IMG/VR virus record: IMGVR_UViG_3300044712_001462
Span: 124,001-188,000 of that record
Strand: one strand, 5' to 3'
Length of the DNA stretch: 64,000 bases
Numbering within the stretch: position 1 is the first letter of the stretch; the number at the start of each line of letters is the position of its first letter. This document shows, piece after piece, positions 53,826-64,000 of this stretch. A model generated the notes under the pieces. It was not told the origin of the DNA. It worked only from the letters and a program-made list of their open reading frames with translations, and made no database searches. The translations under genes were made by a program, and so were the position numbers.

Positions 53826-54233
53826 TTAGTGCTCAGACGGGAGCATCACCACAAAGCCCATTCGCCCCGGCGAAAGCTCCTGTGCCCCCACAAACAGTCT
53901 AAACGGCTCATCTCCGTCAAACTGGAAATCCGTGTACTCAATATCCTGCGTGATCAGAGCAGGCTCACTGGAATCCGTGCGGGCAGTAATGACCGCTCCA
54001 TCCCCATCGGCCTTTGTCAGCGTCCAGACATGAAAAGAAGCAAAGTTGGGCCCATACAGGGCCTCACATGACTTAAAATTCATCAGGTAGCTGGCAATAA
54101 GGTCTGCCAGCCAATAACACTTACCTTCTTTCAACAGGTGAGCTACCCCATCCGTGCACACAACGTTTCGGTTAAGTGTGACAATGTGGTAATTCTCGGT
54201 CCCAATAAACTGTCGCAATTCTTCGTGTAGCAT
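53826..54233 (-). CDS. DUF6876-like conserved protein
   Basis: F.GTE.YH....TDGV..L.....YWL.DLIASY...F.VWTL...QDIEYTDF...MLPSE. Confidence 0.6.
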   Translation of the reverse strand: MLHEELRQFIGTENYHIVTLNRNVVCTDGVAHLLKEGKCYWLADLIASYLMNFKSCEALYGPNFASFHVWTLTKADGDGAVITARTDSSEPALITQDIEYTDFQFDGDEPFRLFVGAQELSPGRMGFVVMLPSEH

Positions 54234-57200
54234 ATGAAAACCCTTTTGTTTACTTATTCGCCCCGGCATTCTTTTTGAAACGCGTCAATAATCGCGCCAA
54301 TCTTGTCGTCATACTCCTGGGTCACACGCTTGGCCTCTTCGGAGTACCGCAGCACTATCTTGTTGCACTCGTGACAGATCATCTCCATGCTGTCTCCGTA
54401 ATCATCCCCCGTTAGCGGGTCCCTCCAGAGCACAACACCACAGTGCATTGTCTCGCAAATGTCCTTGCCACAGCCGTAACACGCATGGAGGCTCGGTGTC
54501 TTTTTTCCGCACACGTCGCAAAAATAGACTGTCCTAGTTTGCTCAACAGTCGTTGTTTCTGTCCTACGGCCCATTAGGTGCCTCCGCTGAAACTGGTGGC
54601 TCAGATAGCTCTGTCAAAGAAGCCAGCCACCCTGTACTGCCGATCTTAATCTCGTATTTATGCCCCTTCTTGATCTGAATGGCATGCATGCAGGCAACAG
54701 TCGTCACAATCTCTACACTTTTGTCATCCTGCAGAGTAAGCGCCAACCAGTAACAGCAATTGGAGCTGCCGCCTCCGCCAATCTGGACGTCTGTGACACG
54801 TCCGGTAACGACTTTCCCCTCCACCTGGTATTCCTTGGGTGTGGCACAGCCAACGATCAGAGCGCTCCCTCCGATAGCCAGCCCAAACAAAATGACCACA
54901 GCTAGAACACTGCCCAGAAGATTACTAATCCGCAATAGCATCTGTAGACTCACTCCTTGTTACGTCACTGGAATACGGAACACTCCTATAAGAGTAAGGC
55001 GAAACATACCCACCATCTTCCGCCTTACGCTGTAGCTGGATGACTTCATTCACTAGCCTGGCCGCATCTAAAGACCCAGCCGGTCGCCGATAACGAACCT
55101 CTTCTCGACCACTGGGCCAGGTATACACAATCTCAATGATCACTCCGAATGCTCCGTATCAACTAGGAACGGCCATTGTTCCGATGCCTTCCTTCCTTCA
55201 ATCAAATCATGTACAGACACAACATGAAACAAATATTGAGCCGCGGCCATGGCTGTAGCCTCTTGCAGACTCAGCTCCGCGACGGTGTTAATAAGCCTCT
55301 CGTTCTCCCGAGTCAGCCTGCGCACTTGGTCTCGCAGAGTGGTTGAGGAGAACGACTTACTTGGTTTCTTCATCGGCGCTCTTTTCTGTCTTAAGGCATC
55401 GAATCTCCCAGGCTCTCGCCGCGGCTCGTGTGCCAAGATAAGCCTGCTCAATGGCCCACAACTGCTCCCAGGCAGTGGAGTTTCCGACGTTCGGATAGTC
55501 GGGTGCCACGGTACGGGCAATATCAGCAATGCGCTGGAAAAGCTGGGTCACCGTAAACTTCGCTGCGTTACACACGCGGACTGGTTGAAGTTCATCCCGA
55601 TTTTCCGGAAGAACATCAGAGATACTGCGTTGCACGCAGTCCACTGTATCCTCGATACACTGTCGATACTCTTTGGCGTAATGGGCAGAATCACGGATGC
55701 GGTCTATGTTCCGGTACACCCACCGAAGCTTCTCTTCGAGTTCCAGCTCTCGCTCTCGAGACTCAGTCAGCCGAGCGTCTAACTCTCGAAATCGCTCCTC
55801 ATTCCGTTGGTCGAGCTGGTTCCACTGCTGGACTGACGCTGCCAGTTCCTGCGTCAGGTCTTTTATCTTTTGGTCTTTGCTGTCCATCAGTCCTCACCTT
55901 GTAACGGTTAAGCCAACGCATCCAGAAACCGGCTTCAATCTGGTATTTCAAAACCTGCGCCTCGTAGAACGCACGCTCACAATCATTAAGCTGGCGATAA
56001 TGCGTTTCCCAGGTCAACGACGAACACGAGTATCTGACCCGCGGTACCAGTTTGGTTAGCAGACACTTACGGTAGTGCTGTTGTTGTTTTTGACTGTTTC
56101 GGTACCGCTCTTTAGCCTCCCGGCGCATAGCCTGGTACATGGCTGCTTCGCTAGTCATTGTCGTTTCTCCAGTTCATCCAGCCGACGTCGCAAAAATCCA
56201 ACCTCATCCACTAGGTCAGCAATCCGCTGATCTTTGGAGTCCAGTTGCGATAAGAGATTCTCCTCGCACTCTTGCATCGCAGCCAACATCCGCTCCAGGC
56301 GCTGCACAGGAGTCTCTGCAGGTTTTGATCTACCACGACACATATGGACTGTGCCGTCCCCGTGGAACAAACGCCAACCACGCTCTGTCTGGCCCCACAC
56401 AAAAGGGCCCTGACCACAGTACTTACAAGAGATGGCTCGTTTGTATCCAGGAGAGTAATACGCGCCATTCTCATCCAGTACGCCTTTGTCCTGGGCCTCT
56501 TCAACAGACAAGTGACCCGAAAAGTGCGCGGAGACATCTTCCTCGAAATCAAGGCACTGATCTGTTAAATCGTCAGCATGTATGCCCATCGGCTAACACC
56601 TCGAACTCATGATCATAGAGACACAGATCTAAGTCATGCCCGTCTGTAGTCTGAATGCGTACGACCGTGTAATCCCAGTCCGGAATCTCATCGATCACGC
56701 GCCCAATAAATCCCTGCCAATGCTCTGAAAGCAATCTAACTGTTGTCACAATCACAACTCGCTAGCAACCGACTAGACAGAACAAGACAGGCTTTCTGCA
56801 AACTCTGGATCGTATGAGCAGCATCCAAGTCCAGCTCTGATCCGCTTTCTTCTTCTAATTCGCGCAGCAATTCACCGTCAAACCCACACTCATCAAATAG
56901 ACCAGTCATGTCCTCGTCATACCACGATTGTGGCGGAGGATACTTCTTAACCAAATCCCGCAGATCATTATTATTCATCCGTTATTCCCAGAAACAATTT
57001 GGTAACTGAGTCGTGCCCAAACTGACACTCACTTTCAGACAACCCTCCCTGACAGCCTCCATAATGCAGCAGTTTAATAGCCTCTACAGCCGCCTCTTGC
57101 ATATCTCGACAACAATATTCACAAGGTCGAGACGGATAACCCTTAAACCACTTCTCAGCACCCTTGCACCAGTGATAGCCGTACTTACACACGACACGGC

Positions 57201-58130
57201 CTCCACCAATGCTTATAGTCCTGCGCATTCTCGTAATCTAACTCGATCTGCTTCCACACCTCCTTGAGCGACTTCCCCTCCACACACTCCTTGTGCAGGA
57301 AACAATTAGGCATATCGGATCCACTTGGGATCACAATAATCACAGACGACGTCAGAGCAGGCACAAACTGCTTATGACACAACGGACACCCGTCATACTT
57401 TCCGTAATGATTTCGGGCCTTAATGAAATCCTTTCCATGAGATACCTCTCCAAACTGGATCCGCTTGCCTTCAACAATAATCGTCTGAGAATTCACCAAT
57501 CACCTCCTCGGCCCGTACTCTAATCAGCTTCGGATCCACTCCTGACGCGCTGTATCTGACTAATTGCTTGACACAACGCTCAAGCTTCTCAATGCGACAT
57601 GCCAGACACGTCTTGCCTGTCTGCTTGTCCCTGTGGTCCGGGCACAGGGGAAGCATCCTGCTTAGCGCCCTGAGTTGGCCCTGCAACACTGTTTCTAGTG
57701 ACATCTGATTTCTCCGACTTAACAGATAGCTCCAACCGGCACGTACCCTGTGTAATCAGGGCAATCAGCACCGCGGCAATCGCAATCGCGCCCCAGTCGC
57801 TGCACTTCGTACTCTTTTCCACTTATAGTTCCTTTCCACAGAGATCACACGAGGTATATGCCGCACTACCGCCCGCCGGATCTCCATGATGTGTAGTTTC
57901 CCAGTGCATACAGCTGTTCTGGATTCCACACAACCTGTAGTGCAACTCCTCGTTCTCTTGCATATGTCGCTTCGTTGTCTCCAGGCGGTCTCGGGAGAGA
58001 TCAACAAGCCTCTGCTTAATAGTTCTCTCTCCATCAAGCACCGTTGCCAGGTGTTCACCTAGCGCACTTTCGCGACCATCTTGACCAAGGTAATGATCAA
58101 TAACTCTCTGCAACGTTTCGGCTTTCATGT

Positions 58131-58460
58131 TTAGTTCCACAGCGCTGTAAAGTACTCTCCGAACAACCCGTGTCCACGCTGAACTCTCTCCTCATCTACT
58201 TCGTTGTCATACCACAACTCGTCGTTTGCCGAGTATTCCATGGCGTAGATCATGTCATCCAGAATCGCTGCCCACTGCTCCTCTGTGAGCGGATCGGGAA
58301 TACCCGAAATATCTCTGCGAAATGCTTTGAGCCGCGGCAACACAAACTTGGCTATCGTACTATCCAAGCTCCACAACTCACTGTCGTCCCACCCTCGGGT
58401 CCATCGCTGCCACAAATGCCGACACGATCGTCCAATTCTCCACCACGACAAACGACGCAT
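58131..58460 (-). CDS. conserved phage hypothetical protein
   Basis: RGWDDSELWSLDSTIA.FVLPRL..F...W..ILDDMI.A...G..LF.EYF.ALW. Confidence 0.6.
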   Translation of the reverse strand: MRRLSWWRIGRSCRHLWQRWTRGWDDSELWSLDSTIAKFVLPRLKAFRRDISGIPDPLTEEQWAAILDDMIYAMEYSANDELWYDNEVDEERVQRGHGLFGEYFTALWN

Positions 58461-58477
58461 ATCTCACTCCTTGCCCA

Positions 58478-58520
58478 TAAAAAGGAAACAGCCCCAAGCT
58501 AGAGGCTCAGGGCTGTTTTT
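58478..58520 (-). terminator. intrinsic terminator
   Basis: AAACAGCCC...GGGCTGTTT followed by CCTTTTT. Confidence 0.7.
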
Positions 58521-58548
58521 CGCAACGACAATCAGACACTACGCGGAC

Positions 58549-59502
58549 TTATTCCGCTGGCGGTTCGTCAACCGGAGGCTCATCCACCGGAGGCTCATCC
58601 ACCGGAGGCTCATCAACCGGCGGCTCTTCGTCGGGAATCTCGACATCGACTTCACCCAACGCCACCAAGCCAACTTCGCCCGGAGCCACTGGAGGAACCG
58701 TGTCCTTGACTTCGACAACAAATTCGGTCTTCTGGCTGACATTGCCAGAGTCGTCGATGTACGCGAACGTACCGACCACAGTCGTGTCTTGGAGCACAAC
58801 GAACTCATCACCAGTAACCTGACGCTCGGCCGTCAGCTGTTGATCCTTCGTGGTCTCAACCGTGATCGCCTTGTCACCGATCACCAGTTCCAACACGCCC
58901 TTCTGGATTTCATTCCATTCGGCTTCATCGGCCGGGGGCGCTGGCAACACTGCCGCGAACTGAATACCTTTCACTTTCGCCATACTAACTTCTCCTACGG
59001 AAACTAAAGAAACTTGACCTGGACGACTTAACAAAAACTTAATACGCCGCAACATGCAGCGCACTTGTATCAATTCCTCACAAGGAGGAGCTGAAATGAT
59101 TGACTGCAGCTTAGACTCAACACTCGCTAACGCACCGGCCAGATACTCAGCCAGATCCGCGACTTGCTGTCTAGACTCACCATACAGCTCTTGCATGTTC
59201 TGGCGCAAGCTGTGAATGTCACCTCGAATCTCTGACACATCAGAACGCAGAGAGGAAATGTCAAGGCGAGCCCCGTATACTGAGGATCTCAGCGCAGTCA
59301 TGTCACTGCTGAGACCCCGGATTTCCGTACGTAGTGCAGCGATGTCACTACGTGAACCTGCAATATCCGTACGCAAGGCCGCAACGCTCTTTTGAAGCTC
59401 AAGCAATACAGTCAACGACATGCTTACTCCAGTATCTGGCTGAGAGCCTCCGCTCCACCACTCACGCAATCGGCGAAACAACATGTGCGCCTCTGTGCTC
59501 AA
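58549..59502 (-). CDS. heptad coiled coil + Ig-like domain + Pro/acidic tail; in-frame internal start at 58983
   Basis: About nine regular heptads (LRTDIAG/SRSDIAA/LRTEIRG...); Big-domain-like YIDDSGNVS...KDTVPPVAP; SD AGGAG before internal ATG 58983. Confidence 0.6.
   Translation of the reverse strand: MSTEAHMLFRRLREWWSGGSQPDTGVSMSLTVLLELQKSVAALRTDIAGSRSDIAALRTEIRGLSSDMTALRSSVYGARLDISSLRSDVSEIRGDIHSLRQNMQELYGESRQQVADLAEYLAGALASVESKLQSIISAPPCEELIQVRCMLRRIKFLLSRPGQVSLVSVGEVSMAKVKGIQFAAVLPAPPADEAEWNEIQKGVLELVIGDKAITVETTKDQQLTAERQVTGDEFVVLQDTTVVGTFAYIDDSGNVSQKTEFVVEVKDTVPPVAPGEVGLVALGEVDVEIPDEEPPVDEPPVDEPPVDEPPVDEPPAE
58561..58632 (-). repeat. 15-bp coding tandem repeat (DEPPV, about 4.5 copies)
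   Basis: Plus-strand ACCGGAGGCTCATC(C/A) units. Confidence 0.9.
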
Positions 59503-59925
59503 CAGTTGATTAACTGTTCCCAGGCTAGCGCAGAAAGGATTTCGCCGTCAACAGAAGATTGAGATAGCGGTATTAGGGACCACCGCTGAAACAACTGAGG
59601 TCGCGCCAGTCATCGACTCCCCAGGGGGCCTCGGAGTCGTAATATCGGCCGTTGTAGCGAACAAAGCAGTGATAGGCATAATCATCCGTATCTTCGTTCA
59701 CCCCGGTCAGCTCGTCTCCCCAGAACGCCTCCGCCCCGGGTACCAAGCCACAAACCTCCTCAGCAAACCACTCGCAGTCTCCAAAGTTGACACCTGCCGC
59801 AGAGCTGTCAAACAGCTCTTTCCAGAGCTTCACTAAAACATCGATCGCCTCGGTTATCGTCCACGACCTCTCTTTTAAAGCATCAATGCGCTGACGAAAT
59901 GTCAGATAATCGTCGGACACAGTAG

Positions 59926-60498
59926 TCATGCTGCTAATTTCCCTGTCAGACGTCCTAGCTCTCGCTTGACATAGGACATTGGGTCATCAGCTAATCGCTC
60001 AAGACTATTCCAGGGTCGAGGAAACAGAATTGCCTCACCGCCCGCGGAATAAAACTCTTTCACATTCTGCTCATAGTCATCGATTAGCACGGCATCCCGG
60101 TGCGCCAGAAAATGCTTAGGTGGACTGCCGCCCTTCTTGGACCGGGTCATAATCGTCGGGATGTACGAGAAGTGCTTCTCAACCCAATCAATCTTCCCCT
60201 CAACACAGCCCGCAGTGTGCGCTGGTGAAGTAACAAACGCCACGTTCGACTGCCCAACAGACTGGATAGCCAGCTCAATTAGCTGGAACGCCCATGAGTA
60301 GGGCTCCAACGTAGCCCAGAACGTGCGGTCCATTCCGTGCCAGAACTCAGCGGGCGTCATATTCCACAACTTATAGACATCCCACCCTGCAGTCCCTCGG
60401 TTAGCCGGGTTATCATACGGCCACGGTTTTCCATGCAGCTTCATCGCCCCTTGGTTAAAATCCACGATCGTTCCATCCAAATCGACTAGCGCCTTCAC
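59926..60498 (-). CDS. HAD-family 5'(3')-deoxyribonucleotidase (NT5C-like)
   Basis: VDLDGTIVDF, FWATLEP, VTSP, K..WV..HF, LIDD, F.RPWN. Confidence 0.85.
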   Translation of the reverse strand: MKALVDLDGTIVDFNQGAMKLHGKPWPYDNPANRGTAGWDVYKLWNMTPAEFWHGMDRTFWATLEPYSWAFQLIELAIQSVGQSNVAFVTSPAHTAGCVEGKIDWVEKHFSYIPTIMTRSKKGGSPPKHFLAHRDAVLIDDYEQNVKEFYSAGGEAILFPRPWNSLERLADDPMSYVKRELGRLTGKLAA

Positions 60499-61184
60499 TC
60501 AACAACCTCCTCACAGGCCTCTTCTTCGGCCCTTGTAAATTCAGGACTCCACCAACACTCGCCCGGACACGCGGCGATACTAATTCCCGTGTCAACACTC
60601 CCTATCTCAGGAGAATCATCACAACCGCACTGTGTGATCGATCCGTTTGTGCGCACAACCCATTCCGTACAGGCGCACATCCAAGACTCGCGGTCAGCAG
60701 GCTCATCCAATAAGACGTAACCTCTCCCAGCCGGTAGTGGCTCTTGTGTGCCACCCTTAGTAACATCACGGATCGCATCGATCTTTGTAAAGGCATCCAC
60801 CACATCCAGATCGATCGGGTCGTGATACTGATCTTGAGACAGATAGCCGTCGATTACCTTCGCTTTAGTCAGCTGAGCGATCAGAAGAGCCCTGCGCTTG
60901 ATAGAGCCGTTTGTCACGATAAACACAGGATTACCCGTATCCGCAGCGGCAGCCATAGCCTCCACCAGCATCAACTCAAACTGCGGATGTAGCGTAGGCT
61001 CCCCGCCTCCTAGGCAGATGAAGCTGTCGTACTCCGTGGCAATCTCCAGACCTTTTCGGAAAACATCAAGCGACATGTCACTGCCATTGGCTGTTGCAGA
61101 CATACAGCAGTGGGCACAAGACATGTTGCAGCGAGTTGTGAGTTCTAGGTACGTGGGTCGTCCTCCGGACCTGTTACTATCCAC
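60495..61184 (-). CDS. radical SAM protein
   Basis: ELTTRCNMSCAHC (CxxxCxxC), GGGEPTLHP, VTNGS; Cys-rich C-terminus. Confidence 0.85.
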   Translation of the reverse strand: MDSNRSGGRPTYLELTTRCNMSCAHCCMSATANGSDMSLDVFRKGLEIATEYDSFICLGGGEPTLHPQFELMLVEAMAAAADTGNPVFIVTNGSIKRRALLIAQLTKAKVIDGYLSQDQYHDPIDLDVVDAFTKIDAIRDVTKGGTQEPLPAGRGYVLLDEPADRESWMCACTEWVVRTNGSITQCGCDDSPEIGSVDTGISIAACPGECWWSPEFTRAEEEACEEVVE

Positions 61185-61442
61185 GTTCCACCGTCGTGAC
61201 GGATCATTTGTGGATACGGCAACAGCGTCTCTAGGAATCTCTCAAACTGACCTGTCAGCCATTTGTCGTTAGGCCATTCGTCTAACTCACCATCATGCCT
61301 GTGTCCTGCAATACCCGCCACAAACCGACGCAGGTCACCCTTACCAATGTCTAAATAAACACACGCATCATCCGCAGCATACAGATATTCCAAGTACATA
61401 TTTATCGCTACTCGTAAAGCCATAACAGCCTTGTCGGTGACT

Positions 61443-62038
61443 TTATCCCGCGTCATAATCATCCTCCTCGTCATCCTCAATGCCCAGATCGTCGTTGTAG
61501 AGCCATAGCCAGGCTTGGACCCAGGTGCCATCGTCCGCCTCACTAGTACCGGCATCATCATCGACTTCAATCTCGTTTCCATCCCGATAATGACCGTACA
61601 CCTCTTGGGCCGTCTTAACCTCGTGAGGTGTAGCTTGCTGGAACGGTCTGACCTCACGGACTTTCACACCTGGAAATGTTTTAATCATGTCAGCAATGGC
61701 ATCCGCTTCCTGCTGGGTACAACCCTCGATCCAGATCTTATGGCTCACAGGCTTTCATCCTCCTCCGCATATTCAAGACCCATCTCTTCATTGCTCACCC
61801 AGGTCCAGGCCTGCACCCAAACGCCTTCGTCGGATTGGATGGTTCCCGCATCGTCTTCAATCTTCAGATCATAAGCGTCGGCAGCTTCACTCTCGCGGGC
61901 TGCCTTTATATACCGTGGTGTAGCCAGCTGAAACTCTACCGGGTCGTGTACTATGACCCCCGGCATGGACCTCATCGCACTTACAATCCCGTGCGCATCC
62001 TCTTTCGTGCAACCTTCAATCCAGATCTTGTAACTCAC
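61443..62038 (-). repeat. two tandem paralogous acidic genes (61443-61748 and 61745-62038)
   Basis: Both read MS(H/Y)KIWIEGCT...PGV.V....FQ.ATP...DDAGT...D.G.WVQAW.W..N...G.E. Confidence 0.85.
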
Positions 62039-63412
62039 AGGTATCCCTCCACTAACTTTGTCTTACCCAGAACCTTGTCCTGCTGCACTAAGACATCGCA
62101 TAGAGACAATTGACCGGCCAACCAATCCCGGCCAGGCATCTCCGCCGCTGTCACTGCCACATGTCGCAACTCCTCATACAGCGCCTTGTAATCAGGCGGA
62201 GGAACTGGTTTCGCCTGTCTCTCCTCCTCGACGTACTCCATAAACTCCTCAAAAGCTTCGTCCTCATCCCAGTCGTGCTCACTAAAGGGAAAAATCCGCT
62301 GAATAAAGTCTCGCAGATTCGGCAGGGCACAGTTTACCCCGTTTCGCAAATCATCCAGGTCGTCCTGGAAATCCAGGAGATCAGCAACAGCCTGCTCCAA
62401 CAATTTCTTTAACTGAGCTTCAGACAACGCCATTCTATTACGCCCTTTCTTTATGCCCACACAACTGACACTGGATATATGCATTGGTTCCATTAAACAC
62501 CACCAGAGGCATGTCATTTCGGCCTAGTCGCCAAACATGCTTACATGGCGGCCCCTTTGACTCTTGTCCAAGATCAATACCACGAGCCATAGCCAGTCGG
62601 TACTGCTCCGTCAGCCACTCGGCAAACTCTCTCGATCGAATGTCCGTAGGTACCGGACAGCCCTGCTCGTTCAAATACCTGAAAACCGCATCCACCTTAT
62701 ACCAGTCCGTGACAAACTCCCAAGTGTTCTTACCGTCGATCATTTCCACCTCACTTCTCTGCCAGGCAATCACCATTAGTGTTATACGGGTCAAAAGCAC
62801 ACGAGCACTTACAGACAATCGCGCAATCAAAACAAGTAATGCGAAGGTCACATTCCGCGTTTCAATGCTTCAAGGCCTGTTCTGCCCGGTTAGCCCGTGC
62901 GATTAAGCTCTTAATTCTGTCATCCACGGTAGCCGCTGCTTCGTTGGCCATTTTTCGTTATTACCCTTTCGTGAACAGTCATCTTCCCGGTCTTCGTGAC
63001 ATAGACCTGAACCTCTCCGCGGGGTGATTTCAAGCGAATCACCACCCAGCCCTTCTTCTCGTCGGAGCACATGCGAGATACGTCGACAGCGCCGTACTCA
63101 AAGCCGTACTGAGTCTCTTGGTAGTGCATGCTCAAGTCTCACTCGCCTGCTCATAGCCTCGCGAATACAACTCTTCTTTTCCACGGTGATGGCATTCCGC
63201 CCACAGAATATCCACATGCGTGTGATAGTCGCTTCTTGGGTTGTTTGCCGCAAAAGCACTCAGCCAGATCTTCTGTTCGCACTCCTCAACAATCTGCTCG
63301 TCAGTCATCTGAGCCACCTTTTCAATGTACTCTGCCCACGGCTTACCGTAATTGTCTTTGCCCTCAAACCGACTGGCATACTCTCTCGTCTCTACCATTG
63401 GTTAGCTCCCGT

Positions 63413-63443
63413 AAAAAAAAAACGAACACTAAACCTGCCTCGT
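63413..63443 (-). terminator. promoter-proximal terminator-like hairpin
   Basis: ACGAGGCA...TGTTCGT followed by a long U-tract, directly after promoter 63449. Confidence 0.55.
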
Positions 63444-63448
63444 CAAAG

Positions 63449-63477
63449 ATTATGACACGAAAAGTGCCAAAATTGAG
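63449..63477 (-). promoter_or_regulatory. phage promoter class A (CTCAATT-N16-CATAAT)
   Basis: Reverse complement CTCAATT TTGGCACTTTTCGTGT CATAAT. Confidence 0.7.
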
Positions 63478-63483
63478 TTAGCG

Positions 63484-63522
63484 AAAACAGAAAGGGCCAG
63501 TAAGCAAAAGCTCCTGGCCCTT
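63484..63522 (-). terminator. intrinsic terminator
   Basis: AAGGGCCAG...CTGGCCCTT followed by TCTGTTTT. Confidence 0.7.
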
Positions 63523-63550
63523 ACGTCGTCCACAGGTAAGTATCTCGTCG

Positions 63551-64000
63551 TTACGCCATCGAGGCTCTCGACAGCTCTCCACCTCCGCCACCTTGCGGAT
63601 AAAACTGTCCCCAGAAGTTCTTCATCGTATCATCGTCTTTGTCCTGGTTTTGAGCCAAGAGCTGCCCCAACATTGCACTGGTAGCGTTAGGCTCTCCTCC
63701 GTCCCGCGCAATCGACGGAGGAACCGGATCACGGTAACGCGGACTCAAACCAATCTGCGGAGCGAGTCGGTTATAGTCACTCAGCACATTACTTTTACCG
63801 TTCTGCCACAGACCCTTTATCAGATCCGTAAGACCTCCACCCTGCAGCATCGTGCCTAGACCCTGCATGACTGGGGACTGCGACATGGCATAAGCACCCG
63901 GAAATGCGCCTCGTATGCCTTCTTGAACACTATTCTGTACCTGACCTGGCAACTCTTTCATACGCTCATCAACATACTGCTTGCCCTGGTCCATCATCTG
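63551..64000 (-). CDS. Gly/Gln/Met-rich hypothetical protein (5' partial)
   Basis: The frame stays open to the window edge; low-complexity composition similar to 815-1639. Confidence 0.5.
   Translation of the reverse strand, partial: QMMDQGKQYVDERMKELPGQVQNSVQEGIRGAFPGAYAMSQSPVMQGLGTMLQGGGLTDLIKGLWQNGKSNVLSDYNRLAPQIGLSPRYRDPVPPSIARDGGEPNATSAMLGQLLAQNQDKDDDTMKNFWGQFYPQGGGGGELSRASMA

Noticed and set aside
58561-58632. Mini-CRISPR
   Set aside because: Contiguous 15-bp coding repeat with no spacers.

Overview
A 64-kb slice of a large, probably temperate dsDNA bacteriophage genome. The host is most likely in Planctomycetota, inferred from the integrase style and the adjacent DUF1580-like excisionase. 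About 150 short, tightly packed, translationally coupled ORFs lie almost entirely on the minus strand, with one plus-strand island at 40.9-42.75 kb. No capsid, terminase or polymerase genes are recognisable, so this looks like an early/accessory arm. Recognisable elements: a Tad1-family anti-defence sponge; tRNA-Thr(UGU); a 2H phosphoesterase behind a structured leader; an RmlD-like protein lacking its catalytic motif; and a DUF1257/DUF2997/Ycf46-type AAA+ ATPase module. The ATPase gene is interrupted both by a 246-nt group I intron (splitting the Walker B D|E) and by a 445-aa LAGLIDADG intein. Also present are a tyrosine integrase with an intact attP (3' half of tRNA-Val(GAC) flanked by arm repeats), a six-gene glycosyl/methyltransferase cluster followed by a ~230-nt highly structured candidate ncRNA, and nucleotide-metabolism genes. 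Non-coding patterns include six copies of a non-canonical promoter (CTHAATT-N16-CAYAAT), several followed at once by terminator hairpins; a 14-bp operator-like motif; a sequence-conserved terminator family; and a small-gene array joined by repeated junction sequences. Family assignments come from recalled motifs, not from database searches.
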